Assembly: GCA_943354455.1 (NCBI GenBank)
Contig: CALRCB010000002.1
Coordinates: 1-35,053 of the forward strand
Source: Candidatus Staskawiczbacteria bacterium
GTDB taxonomy: Bacteria > Patescibacteriota > Minisyncoccia > Minisyncoccales > Staskawiczbacteraceae
Direction: 5' to 3'
DNA: 35,053 bases
Below are positions 34,801-35,053 of this stretch, one piece after another. Under the pieces are notes generated by a model. It did not search any database. It was not told the origin of the DNA and worked only from the letters and a program-made list of their open reading frames with translations. Within the stretch, counting starts at the first letter, position 1. Each line of letters opens with the position of its first letter. The translations under genes were made by a program, and so were the position numbers.

Positions 34801-35053
34801 TAACTTAAGTGTTCCACTAGAAACGTTAAGATTACCAAATGTATAATTGCCCCCTATCGAAGCTATGCTAGTTGTAACTAAAGTTGTTCCAGGATTTATT
34901 GATAAGGTTCCGCCCGAACCAATCGCACCCGCCAAATTTATCGTAGCGGTACTCGTAGTGGTTAATTGAGCATAAGCTTCATCATTGGATGAAAAGCTAA
35001 TGCCAGTGGAAGCAGTAAGAGTTCCGGTACTTGCCGAAATTTTACCTATTTGT
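28840..35053 (-). CDS. Giant tail-anchored surface protein / putative adhesin (over 2,070 aa; 5' end outside the window)
   Basis: The frame stays open from the track start (TTG 34935) to base 35053. Thr/Gly/Ser/Ala/Asn-rich beta-helix-like repeats (...TLTLTAGTLDV...NWTN.GTF....GTVTF) are followed by two Cys-containing modules. Next comes a CarboxypepD_reg-like beta-sandwich (DTGKYSFLAPKGTYYLEVTAKNYK). The protein ends in a C-terminal TM helix plus the basic tail HKIIKRRQNNQ. Confidence 0.85.
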   Translation of the reverse strand, partial: QIGKISASTGTLTASTGISFSSNDEAYAQLTTTSTATINLAGAIGSGGTLSINPGTTLVTTSIASIGGNYTFGNLNVSSGTLKLDSPAITFAGTTSISGTLSTDTGNLGGVNTFQGAVTVNSGGNFYMAGNSPALVFGAGITQNSSTIANLGAGSSDLIGNLAGSGTGGIIWGGAMTVSSGTTTNSYTGGTITVAGTLTLTGNWAQGNGSSLSLSSATPFAGAGTFSASTATNTVNYTRSGTQTVKDPNGGTIHAYSNLGLSGSGAKTMTGITTTNDFTMSGSASTSGLVLNTVGGNISLTNTATMTLGANLAVTGKNDIGSGTTLDVSATNYSLSVAGNWSNLGTFTARSGTVTLNGVNQTLSGTTSFYNLIKQETTNDSTNKTLTFTSGTTTTITNSLTLDGLDANDNLVIAASTTSVATIAFTGSSTFSSTGFLAVSYNTVTDSSTGITLPLNPANTTDSGNTTGWFASTVSIGGTVYSDEGTTALASVSIAISINGAAAAGTATSNGSGVYSIASLTISAGDVLTLYLDGATQKAVTVTVATGANQTGVNLFQNYLITRCDNSCSLSNANINTANNNGDTDIDAIYTGTTTITTVAGKHLYIPSSHTFAPANPVSVGGNFANNGTFTHGSSTLTLTSTSSSATLKTNGSSLYNLTINGSGGTYTPQDATTVGNNLTITAGTLSMVGFAFTVTGATSVTGTISTATSATGTKTFTGAVTVNSGGTLNMDDLSPTVVYSAGITQNSANTIYASGGAVSLVGNLGGSGTGGILFNGTLAISSGTTTNNYTGGVVQALGTITLTGNWAQGNGSSLTLSSNTPFAGAGTFSASTSTNTVTYSGGTVTIKDPNGGTAHTYYDLAVSAVGTKTFTGITTAHDVTLSNSAATSGFALTSITGNLQVTGSASLTIASSLTVTGNVTIASDASLGTDISGGRPLAVGGNWYNGASFDLQQNTLTLTSTSGSATITSGGSVFYDLTINGSGGTYTLQDTLEVRGTLTLTAGTLDVGGSSFGISAKSWSDTGAGTFTERSGTVTFIANGGVGGTVESNETFENVTINNAGTTTTLGAALDLDDTLTITGGALDVSASNYAITAKSWTDTGAGTFTERAGTVTFDVAGGTINANETFNSIAINHAGTTTLGATLTVGDDVTITVGTLDVSGTNYGISVGGDWTNGGTFASQSGMVTFSGSGTQDINDNNTWYGLAVTASSARTVKFESSKTQTIKTNGSLTFTGASGQLLTISPKTATTTWLLTVNSTGVTQSISYITPSYSDASGGATIVASNGTNTNGGNNTNWTFNVAPSFSAIPSDGGALNSPVNVGSNITFTATATDAQSDNFYLAICKTNAISANNSAVPTCTGGNWAISSSTASGSQASVSYSALVGDSETNAWYGFACDHATSSLCSSSSQGLSSNGSPFEVNHTPSFSTISNTSGSIAVGSLVTFTSTASDSDTDSVADTVTLYVCKSNDFASGTCGAGGQWCISSASASNPSCSYTVLSSDTVGSHDYYAYIIDNHSFESASNPRSSSFTTSAASSGGGISPGIFDKPRGNFMVLINNGKPNTTNQNVVLTISGIGDNVKNMSISNYLNFSNVGQETYQSTKPWKLTDGYGSKTVYVKLFTSNGIASDVFLANITYGPSFFGQVIDEIINIFIPKPPVPVKIPEKTPEAFKGWDLLTTKLIGELDVSSVPSDIVFFSQKFPSFNKFLQDVGIDKHADLKKDSPEAKKIADINFNLPGFTESSLLTPDFESGPGSLRVIPLAQLDVELAKKVPTDIVFVKTGGQLIDISTNLTFDSQGKATQKIKLIANKPFDLIVKPKLPVDSITGYLVLRKKTSAIQYLKENNIGLARLLEYFTAALTGTDAKASEQSPAQTALLIQKFEYQLDKKNFYVAKINAQSVEGIYEIITVMDYRDKKLAPKEIRLQTVLDPEGYVYTQLPEGKLIINGATVQLWWLNTETNNYQLWPADKYLQNNPQKTNDTGKYSFLAPKGTYYLEVTAKNYKKYTGDKFTIERGSPGVYIDIELNKDTWVPGWVNINAGIVILLSCLFAIFLYIAYQVHKIIKRRQNNQ
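30472..31152 (-). repeat. Two tandem ~105-110-aa Cys-containing modules in the giant surface protein
   Basis: Module 1: PSFSAIPSDGG...NITFTATATDAQSDNFYLAICKTN...PTCTGGNW...FACDH...LCSS. Module 2: PSFSTISNTSG...LVTFTSTASDSDTD...LYVCKSN...GTCGAGGQWCIS...PSCSY. Each has four Cys. Confidence 0.65.
31387..32061 (-). repeat. Three tandem ~75-80-aa repeats in the giant surface protein
   Basis: TLTLTAGTLDVGGSSFGISAKSWSDTGAGTFTERSGTVTF... / TLTITGGALDVSASNYAITAKSWTDTGAGTFTERAGTVTF... / VTITVGTLDVSGTNYGISVGGDWTNGGTFASQSGMVTF... Confidence 0.75.
32107..32907 (-). repeat. Internal duplication, copy 2 (~265 aa) of the giant surface protein
   Basis: aa ~677-943: FTGAVTVNSGG...GSGTGGILFNG...LTGNWAQGNGSSLTLSSNTPFAGAGTFSASTSTNTV...KDPNGGTAHTY...FYDL. 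At the DNA level the copies are clearly diverged, with many synonymous and non-synonymous differences by eye. Confidence 0.7.
33937..34716 (-). repeat. Internal duplication, copy 1 (~260 aa) of the giant surface protein
   Basis: aa ~74-333: FQGAVTVNSGG...GSGTGGIIWGG...LTGNWAQGNGSSLSLSSATPFAGAGTFSASTATNTV...KDPNGGT.H.Y...FYNL. It parallels copy 2 residue for residue over long stretches. Boundaries are approximate. Confidence 0.7.

Overview
AT-rich, gene-dense 35 kb chromosomal segment, coded almost entirely on the minus strand from 2.0 kb to the window end. Only three small units lie on the plus strand there. Gene content: separate secD/secF, secA, murB, hpf, clpB, an ECF sigma factor, a lamin-tail-domain protein, a sigma-r4/HARE-HTH protein, a CxxC zinc-ribbon miniprotein, three Nudix paralogues and two multi-kb Thr/Gly/Ser/Ala-rich surface proteins. 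Together with the short intergenic regions this suggests a Patescibacteria/CPR (Parcubacteria-like) genome using the standard code; that placement is inference. TGA acts as a stop (for example secF). I found no CRISPR array, transposase, integrase, reverse transcriptase, rRNA or recognisable defence system, so I cannot point to a clear-cut novel system. The observations most worth a second look are listed here. (1) Recurrent -10 hexamers sit 6-13 nt from start codons, with almost no Shine-Dalgarno motifs, suggesting leaderless or near-leaderless mRNAs. The few SD-bearing genes are the oddest ones. (2) An envelope module links a DeoR-like HTH, tandem 12-bp repeats abutting a consensus-like promoter, an ECF sigma, a membrane partner, a peptidoglycan-anchored S-layer-like protein behind a ~130-nt nested inverted-repeat leader, a PG-binding gluzincin and murB. 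(3) A 5'-truncated surface protein of more than 2,070 aa is tail-anchored and has internal duplications. (4) A Nudix cluster contains a eukaryote-MTH1-like enzyme and a Nudix pseudogene interrupted only by two in-frame TAA codons. (5) Two consensus-perfect TTGACA-17-TATAAT promoters drive tiny plus-strand genes. (6) Two orphan genes (an HExxH protein and a Trp-rich protein) have their own signals. All coordinates of small motifs were counted by hand. Family assignments come from motif recognition, not database searches.
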